A DNA stretch of 63,830 nt, filler included, from Octopus bimaculoides (lineage: Eukaryota), in the NCBI RefSeq assembly GCF_001194135.2. It is 6 parts of 6 records of this genome, joined end to end, with 100 filler letters (N's around TTAATTAATTAA, not from the genome) between each part and the next. Parts side by side here need not be neighbours in the genome. Positions count along the whole stretch, not along the records: positions 1 to 28,111 come from NC_069001.1; positions 28,212 to 36,797 come from NW_026346934.1; positions 36,898 to 40,414 come from NW_026432859.1; 3 more parts are not named here. One strand, given 5' to 3'. The position numbers and the translations under genes were made by a program. Shown piece by piece: positions 25,713 to 38,042 of this stretch (positions within the stretch are counted from its first letter, which is position 1; the number at the start of each line of letters is the position of its first letter). The notes beneath the pieces were generated by a model that was not told the DNA's origin, did not search any database, and worked only from the letters and a program-made list of their open reading frames with translations.

Positions 25713-25946
25713 TGCACCGAACGAGGCCTGCTGCAAGCTATATCGCCGACTATAACTGTATGCTAAATAGTTTACGAACCATCTGCTGGCATGTCCCAAC
25801 GTTTCATGCCACGGTTGCTTTTATTTTATATGTAAATTTTCTTTTAAGTATGCAATTTCTGGGCGTACCAGCACATGATTTTACAAGCCATAAGTATATA
25901 AGTCGTTGGACTAGCAAGGTGACACGCCTTCAAAGCAGGCGGGTAC

Positions 25947-25993
25947 GTGATGTTGGAAAGCCACAAAAATGGCGAAACATCGATGTCCATCAC
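25947..25993 (+). ncRNA. Hammerhead-ribozyme-like motif, non-canonical core
   Basis: Stem I GUGAUG/CAUCAC, core UUGGAAA, stem II GCCA/UGGC, GAAAC-AUCGAU-GUC. Confidence 0.5.
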
Positions 25994-26105
25994 TCCCAAA
26001 TGGGAGTTCAAGACTCTAAGGTGTTTTAACATCGGCAACATGAGAGTTATATAATCCGCTACGCCATTGCAATCACCGGGAAATACACAAAGCATATGCA
26101 TTAGT

Positions 26106-27680
26106 ATTCTTTTATATGTTTCAGCCTTGAGGCTGCGGCCATGCTGGAGTACCGCCAGTGTAATCACCTTTTTATTGGCCGATTCTATGGGTTTGGCTTT
26201 TGGTGGAGGGAGTTCGATACTGCTGCCCTCTTTTGAGTTTCCTACCTTGATATTGGTTCATCTGGGATCTTGGATAGCAAGAAGTCAAGTTGTTTCTTGA
26301 AATCATCTCTTCCCACTCCATGGAGATTCCTCAGATGCTTTGGCAAAGAGTTAAATAGCTGTGGGCCCTTGAATCCCAAGCTGTTGCAGTACACGGTCCT
26401 TACCCTAGATGAGACAGCTAGGACTTTTGGAACAGTGCAGTGACGTCCATTTCGAAATCTGGCATAACTCTCAGTTCCAAAGTTTGGTGCCAGTCCCTCG
26501 AGTATCTTCCACACATATATCACTGCATGACTCTCCCGCCTCCGCTCCAGGGAATGGAGTTGTAGCTCTTTCAGTCTCTCCTGGTAGCTCAGCTGTTCCA
26601 CTGATGCAGTCTTCCTCGTGTAGTATCGCTGAACCTCCTCAAGTTCTGCTGTTAATCCTACAGTGTAAGGTGACCACAGTTGAGAGCAGTAGTCCAGACG
26701 GCTGAGGACGAATGTCCTCCATAGGACCAGTATAGTTTCCTGGTCCCTTGTTCTAAAGGTTCTCAGAATCCATCCGATCATTCGCCTGCACACTGGTCGA
26801 AAGTATCGTTGTTCTGACTTCTGAGCACTAATTAGCTGGTAGCGGAGGGCTTGAAATCCTGCATTAAATTGCATGTTGTTGTCCTCAGCCCATTTATATA
26901 TGGTATCTAGGTTGTTCTATAGAAGATTAGCATCAAAAGTTTTCTTGACTACTTCTACTAATTTCGTGTCATTGGCATAGCTAGTAAGTGTGGCTATCTG
27001 TGTAACTGATGGCATGTCTGAAAGAGCCACCATGAACAGTTGTGGCCCCAATACCGTTCCCTGGTGCACTCCACTTTCTATTAATGTCTCTCCAATTTTC
27101 CCAGCTATGCTGGGTCTCCGTAGTTTGTGACATATCATCCCATGATGAACCTTATGAAAGGCCTTCGCAAAGTCAGGATATATCACATCTACATTTGAGC
27201 GATTCATTAATTGTTTCAACACCAGTCATAGTGTTGCAAAAGCTGGGTAAGGCAGCTTGTGCCTGGGCGAAAGCCATGCTGCGTGTCAGGAAGCAAATCA
27301 TTATCTTCAAGGAATGCAATTAGTTTCTTCCTGTCAATGCACTCCATGACTTTGCTGATATGGGAAGTTAAAGAGACAGGTCTATAATTCTTAGCGTCTG
27401 CTCTGCTATTTCCCTTATGGATAGGGCATATAATACCTTCCTTTAACTTTTTGGCAGGTCTCCCTGTTGTGAGGAAGCTCTGGAAGAGAATCTGAAGTCG
27501 TCTAGCTAGAGCCCTTTTGCATTTCTTTAGGAGGATTGTTGGGAATCCATCAAGGCCAGTTGCTGAGTTTGAGCTCATCTTATCAATGGCTGATATCACA
27601 TCAGTTTCCTTTATGTTGATGCTGTTAATAATTGCCATTTTGTTGTGTAGATCTATGGAGCCAAAGAACACATCAGTCTA
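26106..27680 (-). mobile_element. CR1-clade LINE (RT to 3' tail), internally deleted
   Basis: NYRPVSLTSHISKVME...QHGFRPGTSCLTQLL; DVIYPDFAKAFHKV; GVHQGTVLGPQLF; YANDTKL; LSRLDYCSQLWSP...SLERRR. The 3' UTR ends in ggcggtactccagcatggccgcagcctcaaggctgaaac. Confidence 0.92.
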
Positions 27681-27736
27681 TGTATTTAATAATACATGTA
27701 TATATATATTTATACATAATTGTAAGCACACACACA

Positions 27737-27771
<35 letters not shown>

Positions 27772-28111
27772 GCACGCACGCACACACACACTCACACACA
27801 CACACACACATACATATACATATGTATGTGTGTGTGTGTGTGGTTTTTGTTGTATCTCGAGGTGGTCATTTTTTTTTCAAAATAAACACACTCACTATAT
27901 ATTTGTTCTTCGCTCGTTTATTACTGTTCTTATTTTAACTGATGTCTATTGTCCGGAAATCTTTCGTCACACATCTGTGATCTCTTCAGTCAGTTTTCTT
28001 TCAAATTTTTTAAAATTTTCGACTTTTTTCTTAAAGTCGATAGCTTGAATAACGCTACAGAATGAAATGATAAGAGTTACTTGAGGCACCTGATGCTGAT
28101 ACATTTTATAC

Positions 28112-28211
28112 NNNNNNNNNNNNNNNNNNNNNNNNNNNNNNNNNNNNNNNNNNNNTTAATTAATTAANNNNNNNNNNNNNNNNNNNNNNNNNNNNNNNNN
28201 NNNNNNNNNNN
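28112..28211. other. Artificial scaffolding spacer N44-TTAATTAATTAA-N44
   Basis: Identical 100-bp structure also at 36798-36897, 40415-40514, 55679-55778 and 61691-61790; the 12-mer places stops in all six frames. Confidence 0.97.
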
Positions 28212-28246
<35 letters not shown>

Positions 28247-28949
28247 TATAAATATATATATATATATACAAATATATATATTTATATATTGTTTGAAGTT
28301 TCAGGTCTCAATCTCTCTCTCGGAAATATATTTTTTAATATTTTTGCATATACGAAAAAACAAATAAAAAATAAAAATAATCTTGCATTCTTCCTTCATC
28401 CTGACCAGGTTTGAACCCTGCACAGGAGAGTTCAGAAATATATTTTTTAATATTTTTACATAAACGAAAAAAAAAAATACAAAGACTCCCACATCCTGAC
28501 CAGGAGCGTTCAGGGTGTCCCCCTCACCCAGTTCATCTACACTCACCTTTACTTACTAGTCTACCAGGTCCCACCACTAATTGTTGTCAAAAATGGGATA
28601 CTTAAATCTATAATAGTGTCCAAACAATAATAAAAATAGATTTAAGTGTCTCATTTTCAATCTGTTTTTCAGGTGTTGGTCTGATGGCCTAATAGGTAAA
28701 GGTGTTAGTAATTTAACTAATAACCTTGTATGAAGGTAGAGGTTTCAATCTCTATGTAGAATTATGTTGTTTTTTTTTTTATAATTTTGTATAAATAAAA
28801 AGACTCTAACCTTCTTTCCCATCCTGACCAGGCTTGAACCCAGGACAGGACAGGACAGGACAGTTTTGAATGTCCCCTTCGCCCAGTTCATCTACACTCA
28901 CCTTTACCCAACAGTCTACCGGTGTATATATATATATATATAAATATAT

Positions 28950-29150
28950 AGTAAGAATAGTAAATTCTTGCAACTAGATATAGAGAGCTACTATGCCACT
29001 ATCAACCCGAGTGTTCTTAATCAAGCCCTGGTTTTCAGCATGAAAAATTCTGATTTGTCCCGACGCAAAATAGATACTATATTTGCCACGCAAGCCACTC
29101 TAGTAGATTTTGATGGTAGAGTATGGAGTAGATTAGCTAGGGAGTGTTAA
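28950..29150 (+). mobile_element. PLE reverse-transcriptase fragment
   Basis: LQLDIESYYATINPSVLNQAL...IDTIFATQATLVDFDGRVW resembles PLE RT domains 3-4. Confidence 0.6.
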
Positions 29151-29329
29151 TTTACTCTCTGATGAAAAACTGCAGTTTTTGCAGGATTACTCGTAACACA
29201 CCCGTGGGTATTGAGGATAAATACGTGTTCACATTCAGCTGTATATTTTTGGAAGTGTTCGTTGAATATCGGTTATGCAATGACACTTAATTGCGTACAT
29301 ATTTAATCCTAACACTCTCAAATTTATAT

Positions 29330-30340
29330 TTCAAAATGCTGCACTGCAGATGAGAAATAAGTAAGTAAATATAACTTTACTTTAATCCTGAAACGTATAT
29401 GTAGCTAATCTTTCAAATTTGATCAAATCTGTTGCTAATATGATAGTGTTGCCAACATGTAGAATTGACCCTCTTAATCTGGATGCTCCTATTGAAAAAT
29501 TTCTGTATCCTGAACCAAATTTAGGCTACAGGTTCAAGAGAAAGATAGCAAAAATGATTATCAAGTAGACTGTAACAGCCACCGAAAAAAATAATATTTG
29601 CAAAAGAGACAACAATTTTTACTCTGCCTGTATAAAGAGCTCAAGCACCATTTGCCAGGAAATATTAATATACTGAGGAATATGAAATGTTTTTCAGTAG
29701 AGAATATTTTTCAGCATTTCAAAGAGCCAATTTTACCTGTCTTAGAAGCAATGCATTTAAATGAAGAAAAAGTTGCTTCAATTGAAATTCAGTTTGATAG
29801 CATTTATTTAGTTAAATGGACAAATATGTCTAATACTGAGACATTCTGGCTGGAAGTCTTGGAATATAAAGATGCTACTGGAGGAAACCCTATTAGAGAT
29901 GTTGCATATTTTGCCATTAATCTATTGACATTGCCAAACTCAAATGCAGAAGTTGAACAGTTGTTTAGTAGTATGGGCGTAATCAAATCAAAATTGAAAA
30001 ACAAAATGCATCTTCCTATGTTTAGATCAATACTGTCTATAAAATATGGCCTGAGAAGATACAGCAAATGTTGCAAAAACTTTGATATTCCAAAACATAT
30101 AATTAACATATAATTAACATATACAGAAGTGAAGACCTAGGCACTGCAGCTGAAAGTGATCAAATCAGGGAAATTCAAGAAATTATATCTCAATGCTGAA
30201 TAAAATTTTAAAAAAGTTAATAAAAATTAAGCTTTTTGATATTATAATCTTTAGCATTTTTTTGTCATATTTAGCATTTTTTTTGGTATTTTTTCTACTG
30301 AAATTTAGCATAAAATTCTGATTTTAAGTTGGCAGCACTG
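29330..30340 (+). mobile_element. hAT transposon 3' half
   Basis: hATC motif FWLEV...FAINLLTLPNSNAEVEQLFSSM; repeated TTTAGCA subterminal motifs; TIR ...TTGGCAGCACTG ends at 30340. Confidence 0.85.
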
Positions 30341-30422
30341 CACACACACATATATATACATACATACACACACGCGTGCACACACACACACACACATGTG
30401 CACACGCACACTCACACACATA

Positions 30423-31300
30423 TAGGGTGTGTCAGATATTTGAGAAAAAAAATTTAATTTAAGGAAAACAAATATATTTTAAGAAAATTTTGTACTCATA
30501 TTCTTACATACACATGGGAAAAGATTATTCAATAAAACTAGCATCGACTTCAATTACTGCATTGATATGACTTCTAAAGTAACTGAATGCCTTGATCAAG
30601 TGATCTTTATTCAAGTTGGTCTTAATGTCAGTAATAGTAGATATCAATAATCCTTGGTGTTGTGGGCATGCTTGTTGATCTCTCTTCAAAGTGTTTAAAT
30701 CAAGAGAGTTGGGATGTCAAATGTTAGGGGTGATATGATTGTGAAAGTTTTCAGTCAGCCCTTCTTGTGTTGTAGGAACAGAGCCTTGCTGCAATGGCCT
30801 CCGCAGTGCAACTTTTTCAACCAAGGGTTTGACAACCATCTCCATTGTCTTGATGCAAGCTTCCACTGACCCTAAAACCTTTTGGTGGGAAAAAGTGAGG
30901 TGGCATAACATGGCCCTTATTGCTTACAACCAACCATGACCGTCACAGACAATGGGAATTTGGTGTGTAAAACAGCGGAGGACTTCAGTTTGGTTTGTAC
31001 AGAGATATATCTTTCCTCCTGTTCACTTTTTGATACTGAATAAAGATCTTCTCAGGTGAGAAGAACTACATCATGTCAGGCTCCTTGAGTACTTGAGTTT
31101 GTGGGTGAAGACTATGAAGCGGACTATGTATGCCCTTTAGGGAGATTTGGCTGCCATTTCTAGCAGGCCTACATCTTGTTGGTATTTAGCCTTAGGTCAG
31201 TTCTAATCCAGTGGACCCAATAACACTGTGTAACAAATTTTTGCTTTTCTCTTTGGTCAGTAAGTATTATTTCCTATTTGCTTCATCTAGAAATCAAAGG
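30423..31300 (-). mobile_element. Tc1/mariner (maT-like) transposon remnant
   Basis: Across frameshifts: EPDM..FFS, QKVNRR, TKFP, MPPHFF, VVKPLVEKVA, TQEGLTENFHNHITPNI, HAHNTKD. Terminus TA+(C/T)AGGGTGTG at 30421-31. Confidence 0.65.
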
Positions 31301-31827
31301 AAATGACTACTATTCCCTTCAAAATTTGCTTTTGTGAGCTGGACGACCCATTTTCTATTACATTTTAGACAGATTCAGCACTGAGTTACTGAAACATAAA
31401 TATCATTATAGCAAATATTCTGCTCAATACTACAAGTTTGCCTGTGAGTTGCTTGACCCTAACCACTTGAGCATGTCCCTTAGTGGCTGACAATATATGC
31501 ATTTCTGATCATGAGCAGGAGTCGTGGGAGAGCATCATAACCATGTGTTGAAAGGGATTCTTTGGGGCTTGAATAAATGTAACAAAAGCAAAGTTTGAAG
31601 GAAATATTAACCATTTTTTACGCTTTCTAAGGGTAATAGGAAATAATAGTTCATTATAGGTGTAGGAGTGGCTGTGTGGTAAGTAGCTTGCTTACCAACC
31701 ACATGGTTCCGGGTTCAGTCCCACTGCATGGCACCTTGGGCAAGTGTATTCTACTATAGCCTTGGGCCGACCAAAGCCTTGTGAGTGGATTTGGTAGACG
31801 GAAACTGAAAGAAGCCCGTCATATATA

Positions 31828-31876
<49 letters not shown>

Positions 31877-32964
31877 ATAATATTATTAGGGACAAAATCC
31901 AAAATTACAGGTAAAAAACTCAATTAAAATCAATTTATAAAAAATTAAAATTAAATTGAGCCTTATAGATAAAGTATATATAAAATATATATNNNNNNNN
32001 NNNNNNNNNNNNNNNNNNNNNNNNNNNNNNNNNNNNNNNNNNNNNNNNNNNNNNNNNNNNNNNNNNNNNNNNNNNNNNNNNNNNNNNNNNNNNNNNNNNN
32101 NNNNNNNNNNNNNNNNNNNNNNNNNNNNNNNNNNNNNNNNNNNNNNNNNNNNNTATATATATATATATGTATGTATGTATATGCATGTGTGTATATGTTT
32201 GTGTGTCTGTGTTTGACCCCTCAACATCGCTTGACAACCGATGCTGGTGTGTTTACGTCCCCGTAACTTAGCGGTTCGGCAAAAGAGACGGCTAGAATAA
32301 GTACTAGGCTTACAAAAAATAAGTCCTGGGGGGTCGATTTGCTCCCTAAAGGTGGTGCTCCAGCATGGCCACAGTCAAATGACTGAAACAAGTAAAAGAG
32401 TATTTCCAAAATCAATTTAAACAGGACAGTGTATTTCAGTATAAATCTAGTAATGACAGGGTTAACTCTCACTCAAAGACTACCATATTCTCATTACACA
32501 CTTATTCAAAGACCACCATAATTTTATTCAGTTCTAACTAAAAGACTTTCAGTCTCTGGTGTGTCTTTTACTTACATAAATATTAGTTGAAAGAAATGTG
32601 GGTAACATGAGATGGCTCTTGATCAAAGTGAAAGACATCTGTTACCACTTGTAAATATTTCTTCTAATCTCCGAATGCAGTGATTATTTTTATTTTTCCA
32701 TTAAATTCGTTGTACTTAACCACATGTCTGGCAGGACAATTTGTGACAGTAACCCCATTTGATATTGTTTACTCTTATAAGCAACTAGTTAATCATTTCT
32801 GCGAACCACTAGTTAATCATTTTTGTTATTTCTCTAACTACAAACACTGCTTGGAAACGTGGCTGCCTGTTGATGTAGAATCATATACTGTATGTATTTG
32901 CTTTATTTCTTTGTATTTTGTATTTTTTGCTTTTGTTAAGATAAAGGGCATGTATATATCTGTA

Positions 32965-33022
<58 letters not shown>

Positions 33023-33452
33023 ATAAAAGACATATATAACAGAACTGCAAGTGTAAAGTATAAGGTAGTTTTGAGCGTACAATCTTCCTAAAAGTCAGTA
33101 GTGGTTTTCCTTGATAGTTGTTTATTATATTTACTACAGATTGCTTGAAGCTAACTTTCTTCCTACACCTTGATCCTTGGCTCTTACATTTATATACACA
33201 CACACACACACACACACATGTGTTGTGTAGTATGGTGGTATATGGTGTAGTGGTGTGGTGTGATGGTATAGTGAAGTCGAACATTTTAACTGGCCACCAC
33301 AGTCCCCAGATCTCAATATTATTGAACATTTATGGTACATTTTAGAAAAACAAGTAAGGAGTCGATATATATACATATATACATACATATATATTTAAGT
33401 AGTGGAGGATATCGACTCCTTACTTGTTTTTCTAAAATGCACCATAAATGTT

Positions 33453-33485
<33 letters not shown>

Positions 33486-33588
33486 CAATTGAAATAAGAG
33501 CCAAGACGCAATCCTATATATTAATAAAACTTACATTATTTACATTATTTACATTTGACGGATATTTGTCCTCATCTTGTTTGTTGTT

Positions 33589-33634
33589 AACACAACGTTT
33601 CGGCTGATATACCCTCCAGCCTTCGTCAGGTGTC
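33589..33634 (-). ncRNA. Minimal type I hammerhead ribozyme (PLE-type), canonical core
   Basis: GACAC-CUGACGA-A-GGCUG(10 nt)CAGCC-GAAAC-GUU-GUGUU. Helix III is a loopless ACGU palindrome. Confidence 0.75.
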
Positions 33635-33678
33635 TTGGGGAAATTTCGAACCTGGGTTCTCATTCCTATCGATGTTAC

Positions 33679-33722
<44 letters not shown>

Positions 33723-34975
33723 TATTTTTACTATTATTAATCAGGTTGCTGCCGTGAATCGAACTCGGAACCTTGGGGTTAGTNNNNNNNNNNGTCAAAT
33801 GTAGATAATGTAAATAATTCCTCATCTCTTAAATATAGAACTGTGTTAATAAAACTTGTTTATTATCCTATGTGCATTTCGATGCAAGATCGTCTGAGAT
33901 AAGAAATTAGGGCCTTCCATCTCTTCAGGGCCAAGTTACATTAATTCACAACAGACAACATTATTACTTGTACTTAAATTACATGTGTATAAAAAAAGTT
34001 CTAATCAGGTTGTTACGATATGAACATATTGAAACTGCTTACAATATCGGTTAAGAAAACCATTATCTAGTAGAGTAACTAAGTAGAATTGTTAACCTAG
34101 GATATTAAGTAATGACATGCATACAACGCTGTTACATCAAATAAAAAACGGTGAAGAGGTTTGAAAAGAAAGTAAATAAAATAAAACGAAGAAAGAAAAA
34201 TTACCTATTATAGATCTTAACAGAAATACAAATTAATGGTCAAAGAGAGGTAAATCTAGCAAAATAACATTTTTGATCTACATAATTCACTCCATTGTGA
34301 ATTATGTATATATGTATATATAAATATATATATATATATATATANNNNNNNNNNNNNNNNNNNNNNNNNNNNNNNNNNNNNNNNNNNNNNNNNNNNNNNN
34401 NNNNNNNNNNNNNNNNNNNNNNNNNNNNNNNNNNNNNNNNNNNNNNNNNNNNNNNNNNNNNNNNNNNNNNNNNNNNNNNNNNNNNNNNNNNNNNNNNNNN
34501 NNNNNNNNNNNNNNNNNNNNNNNNNNNNNNNNNNNNNNNNNNNNNNNNNNNNNNNNNNNNNNNNNNNNNNNNNNNNNNNNNNNNNNNNNNNNNNNNNNNN
34601 NNNNNNNNNNNNNNNNNNNNNNNNNNNNNNNNNNNNNNNNNNNNNNNNNNNNNNNNNNNNNNNNNNNNNNNNNNNNNNNNNNNNNNNNNNNNNNNNNNNN
34701 NNNNNNNNNNNNNNNNNNNNNNNNNNNNNNNNNNNNNNNNNNNNNNNNNNNNNNNNNNNNNNNNNNNNNNNNNNNNNNNNNNNNNNNNNNNNNNNNNNNN
34801 NNNNNNNNNNNNNNNNNNNNNNNNNNNNNNNNNNNNNNNNNNNNNNNNNNNNNNNNNNNNNNNNNNNNNNNNNNNNNNNNNNNNNNNNNNNNNNNNNNNN
34901 NNNNNNNNNNNNNNNNNNNNNNNNNNNNNNNNNNNNNNNNNNNNNNNNNNNNNNNNNNNNNNNNNNNNNNNNNNN

Positions 34976-35880
34976 CAGAGTCCTGGAGACATTGCGCATC
35001 TGCAACAGGAGTTGGACGCAAAATACAGGTGGGCAGAGGAAAATAACATGCAGCTTGGTGCTGGAAAATTCCAAGCTCTGCACTACCAATACATAAATCT
35101 CAATGAAAAACAGACAGGATACACTGGCCCAGGAAGGATTGCAATCCCTGATCAAAATCAGTGTGTGACTTGGGCATCGACATGAGTATCAAGGCATCTT
35201 TCCAGGTGCATATTACTAAGATAACAATAAGATGCAGCGGGTTTGCCAGATGGATCCTGCAAATTTTCAAAATGAAAGAAAAGGAAACAAGGATGGCTCT
35301 TTGGAGGACTTTTGTCCTCAGCTGTCTGGATTACTTCTCCCAACTGTGGTCACCAAGCAGTGTAAAATTAACAATGGAACTCAATGTGATCCAGCAAAGC
35401 TACACAAAGAAGATTGTCTCAATGTGATATGTGAGCTACTGGAAGAGACTGAAAAAGTGAAAACTACTCTCTAGAATGAAAGCTGGAAAGATATGCAATA
35501 ATTTACATCTGGAAAATCCTAGAATTTGTACCAAACTTTGGCAGGATGGGTACTGCTGTATAGTACCAAAAATCTCAACATTGCCATCAGGATACAGGTC
35601 CAGATACTGCAATAGCTTAGGCTTCAAGGTCCCACAGCTCTTCAATATCCTCCCACAAAGCCTGAGGGACCTGTATGGCATGAATGTAGGTATTTTCAAA
35701 ACAAAACTGGATAACCTTCTGTCAAGAGTTTCAGATGACCCAACCTCAAAGCAAGAAACACAGACAAGGCAGCATCATCAACTCCCTCATTCATCAAATT
35801 TCACACATCAGAGGAGGTTTAAGTGAAAGTGTAGCAAAGCTAATGGTGGTGCTCCAGCATGGCCTCAACCAAATTCACCT
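34976..35880 (+). mobile_element. CR1-clade LINE 3' part, same family as 26106-27680
   Basis: DIAHLQQELDAKYRWAEENNMQL..KFQAL; LWRTFVLSCLDYFSQLWSP; YCNSLGFKVPQLFNILPQSLRDL. The tail contains ggtgctccagcatggcc. Confidence 0.88.
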
Positions 35881-35924
35881 GAGGTCAATTTTGAATTTCA
35901 TCCCTCCAGGGTTCATCATCATTA

Positions 35925-36360
35925 TCATCGTCGTTTAACATCCGCTTTCCATGCTAGCATGGGTTGGACGATTTGACTGAGGACTAGTGAAACCAGATGG
36001 CTACACCAGGCTCCAATCTGATTTGGCAGAGTTTCTACAGCTGGATGCTCTTCCTAACGCCAACCACTCAGAGAGTGTAGTGGGTGCTTTTTACGTGCCA
36101 CCGGCACAAAGGCCAGTCAGGCGGGCGGTACTGGCAACGGTCACGCTCAAAATGGTGTATTTTATGTGCCACCTGCACAAGAGCCAGTCCAGGGGCACTG
36201 GCAACGATCTTGCTCGAAAGTCCTTACACATGCCGCAGGCACAAGTGCCAGAAAGGCGACGCTGGGCACAGGTGCCATCCCGATTTCGCTTTCACTTGCT
36301 CCAATAAGTCTTCGCAAGCTGAGTTTCGTGTCCAATGAGGGAGACGACGTTGGCAGGGGT
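35925..36360 (-). mobile_element. SINE family C with (ATG)n tail
   Basis: Core ggcgttaggaag(g/a)gcatccagctgtagaaac and tail ggaaagcggatgttaaacgacgatg. Further copies at 37917-38000(+), 38130-38345(+), and an old copy ~62500-62700(+). Confidence 0.75.
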
Positions 36361-36669
36361 CGATGTAATCAATTAGTCTTTCACTCCAAAATTTCAGCAT
36401 ACATTAATCACTAATTGTTCCAGATACACAAATGACAGGATGATCATGGTTGAAATGCTACAAGTAACAGCCTAACGTCCCTTAAATTATGCTCTACTAT
36501 AGTCAACAATCTGATCATGGATGGAACAACTTTCATCATCAGTCTGCTGGATCAGGCCTGAGATAAGTTTTAACTGCAAAGATAACAGACCCCTGTAACC
36601 CTTATTTTCTTCTTTCTTTTTCAGACGACCCAATAAATCTACAAGACAGTTAACCCAGCTAAACACACT

Positions 36670-36730
36670 ATGAAGATTTCACCAGTCTCTATCTTCATCC
36701 TTTTAGTTGCAGCTGGGTTGGCCTATTCAA
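36670..36730 (+). CDS. First coding exon of a secreted protein or peptide: signal peptide MKISPVSIFILLVAAGLAYS
   Basis: Strong acceptor tctttctttttcag at 36624, short 5' UTR, ATG 36670, a basic-hydrophobic-AYS signal pattern, and a phase-1 donor A|GTGAGT. Confidence 0.72.
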
Positions 36731-37998
36731 GTGAGTTAAATCCTTCAATATATATTTATTAATGAGGGTAGAAATTGATATTAATCAATTAAAACCANNN
36801 NNNNNNNNNNNNNNNNNNNNNNNNNNNNNNNNNNNNNNNNNTTAATTAATTAANNNNNNNNNNNNNNNNNNNNNNNNNNNNNNNNNNNNNNNNNNNNATA
36901 TATATATATATGTAGATATATATATGCATGTGTGTATATATATATGCATGTGTGCATATATTTATGTGTGTGTGTCTTTGTATCTGTGCTTGTCGCCCAC
37001 CACTATTGCTTGATAACCGATGTAGGTGTGTTTACATCCCCATAACTTAACAGTTCAACACAAAGAGTCCCATAGAAAAAGTACCAGGCTTACAAAAAAA
37101 CATAAGTCCTGGGGGTTGATTTCTTTGACTTAAAAAGGCGCTGCCCCAGCATGGCACCCATCAAATGACTGAAAGGAGACAAAGAATGAAAGAATCTGGA
37201 AACAAACAACAACAACATACAGACACAACAAACACCACTAGAACCACACACACAAACACACCCACACACACATGCACATACATACACAAATACATGCAAT
37301 CTATACACATACACACACACACACACACACTCGGTTCGCCAGAAACACACACATACTTATATTATACTGAAACACACACACACCAACACAGGCACACTTG
37401 AGAACACAGAAACACACACACACACACACACACACATATTNNNNNNNNNNNNNNNNNNNNNNNNNNNNNNNNNNNNNNNNNNNNNNNNNNNNNNNNNNNN
37501 NNNNNNNNNNNNNNNNNNNNNNNNNNNNNNNNNNNNNNNNNNNNNNNNNNNNNNNNNNNNNNNNNNNNNNNNNNNNNNNNNNNNNNNNNNNNNNNNNNNN
37601 NNNNNNNNNNNNNNNNNNNNNNNNNNNNNNNNNNNNNNNNNNNNNNNNNNNNNNNNNNNNNNNNNNNNNNNNNNNNNNNNNNNNNNNNNNNNNNNNNNNN
37701 NNNNNNNNNNNNNNNNNNNNNNNNNNNNNNNNNNNNNNNNNNNNNNNNNNNNNNNNNNNNNNNNNNNNNNNNNNNNNNNNNNNNNNNNNNNNNNNNNNNN
37801 NNNNNNNNNNNNNNNNNNNNNNNNNNNNNNNNNNNNNNNNNNNNNNNNNNNNNNNNNNNNNNNNNNNNNNNNNNNNNNNNNNNNNNNNNNNNNNNNNNNN
37901 NNNNNNNNNNNNNNNNGGTTTCACCAGTCCTCAGTCAAATCGTCCAACCCATGCTAGCATGGAAAGCGGACGTTAAACGATGATGATGATGATGATGA

Positions 37999-38042
<44 letters not shown>

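Noticed and set aside
31658-31740. tRNA genes at SINE heads
   Set aside because: A/B-box-like motifs are present but there is no full cloverleaf, and each continues into SINE body sequence.
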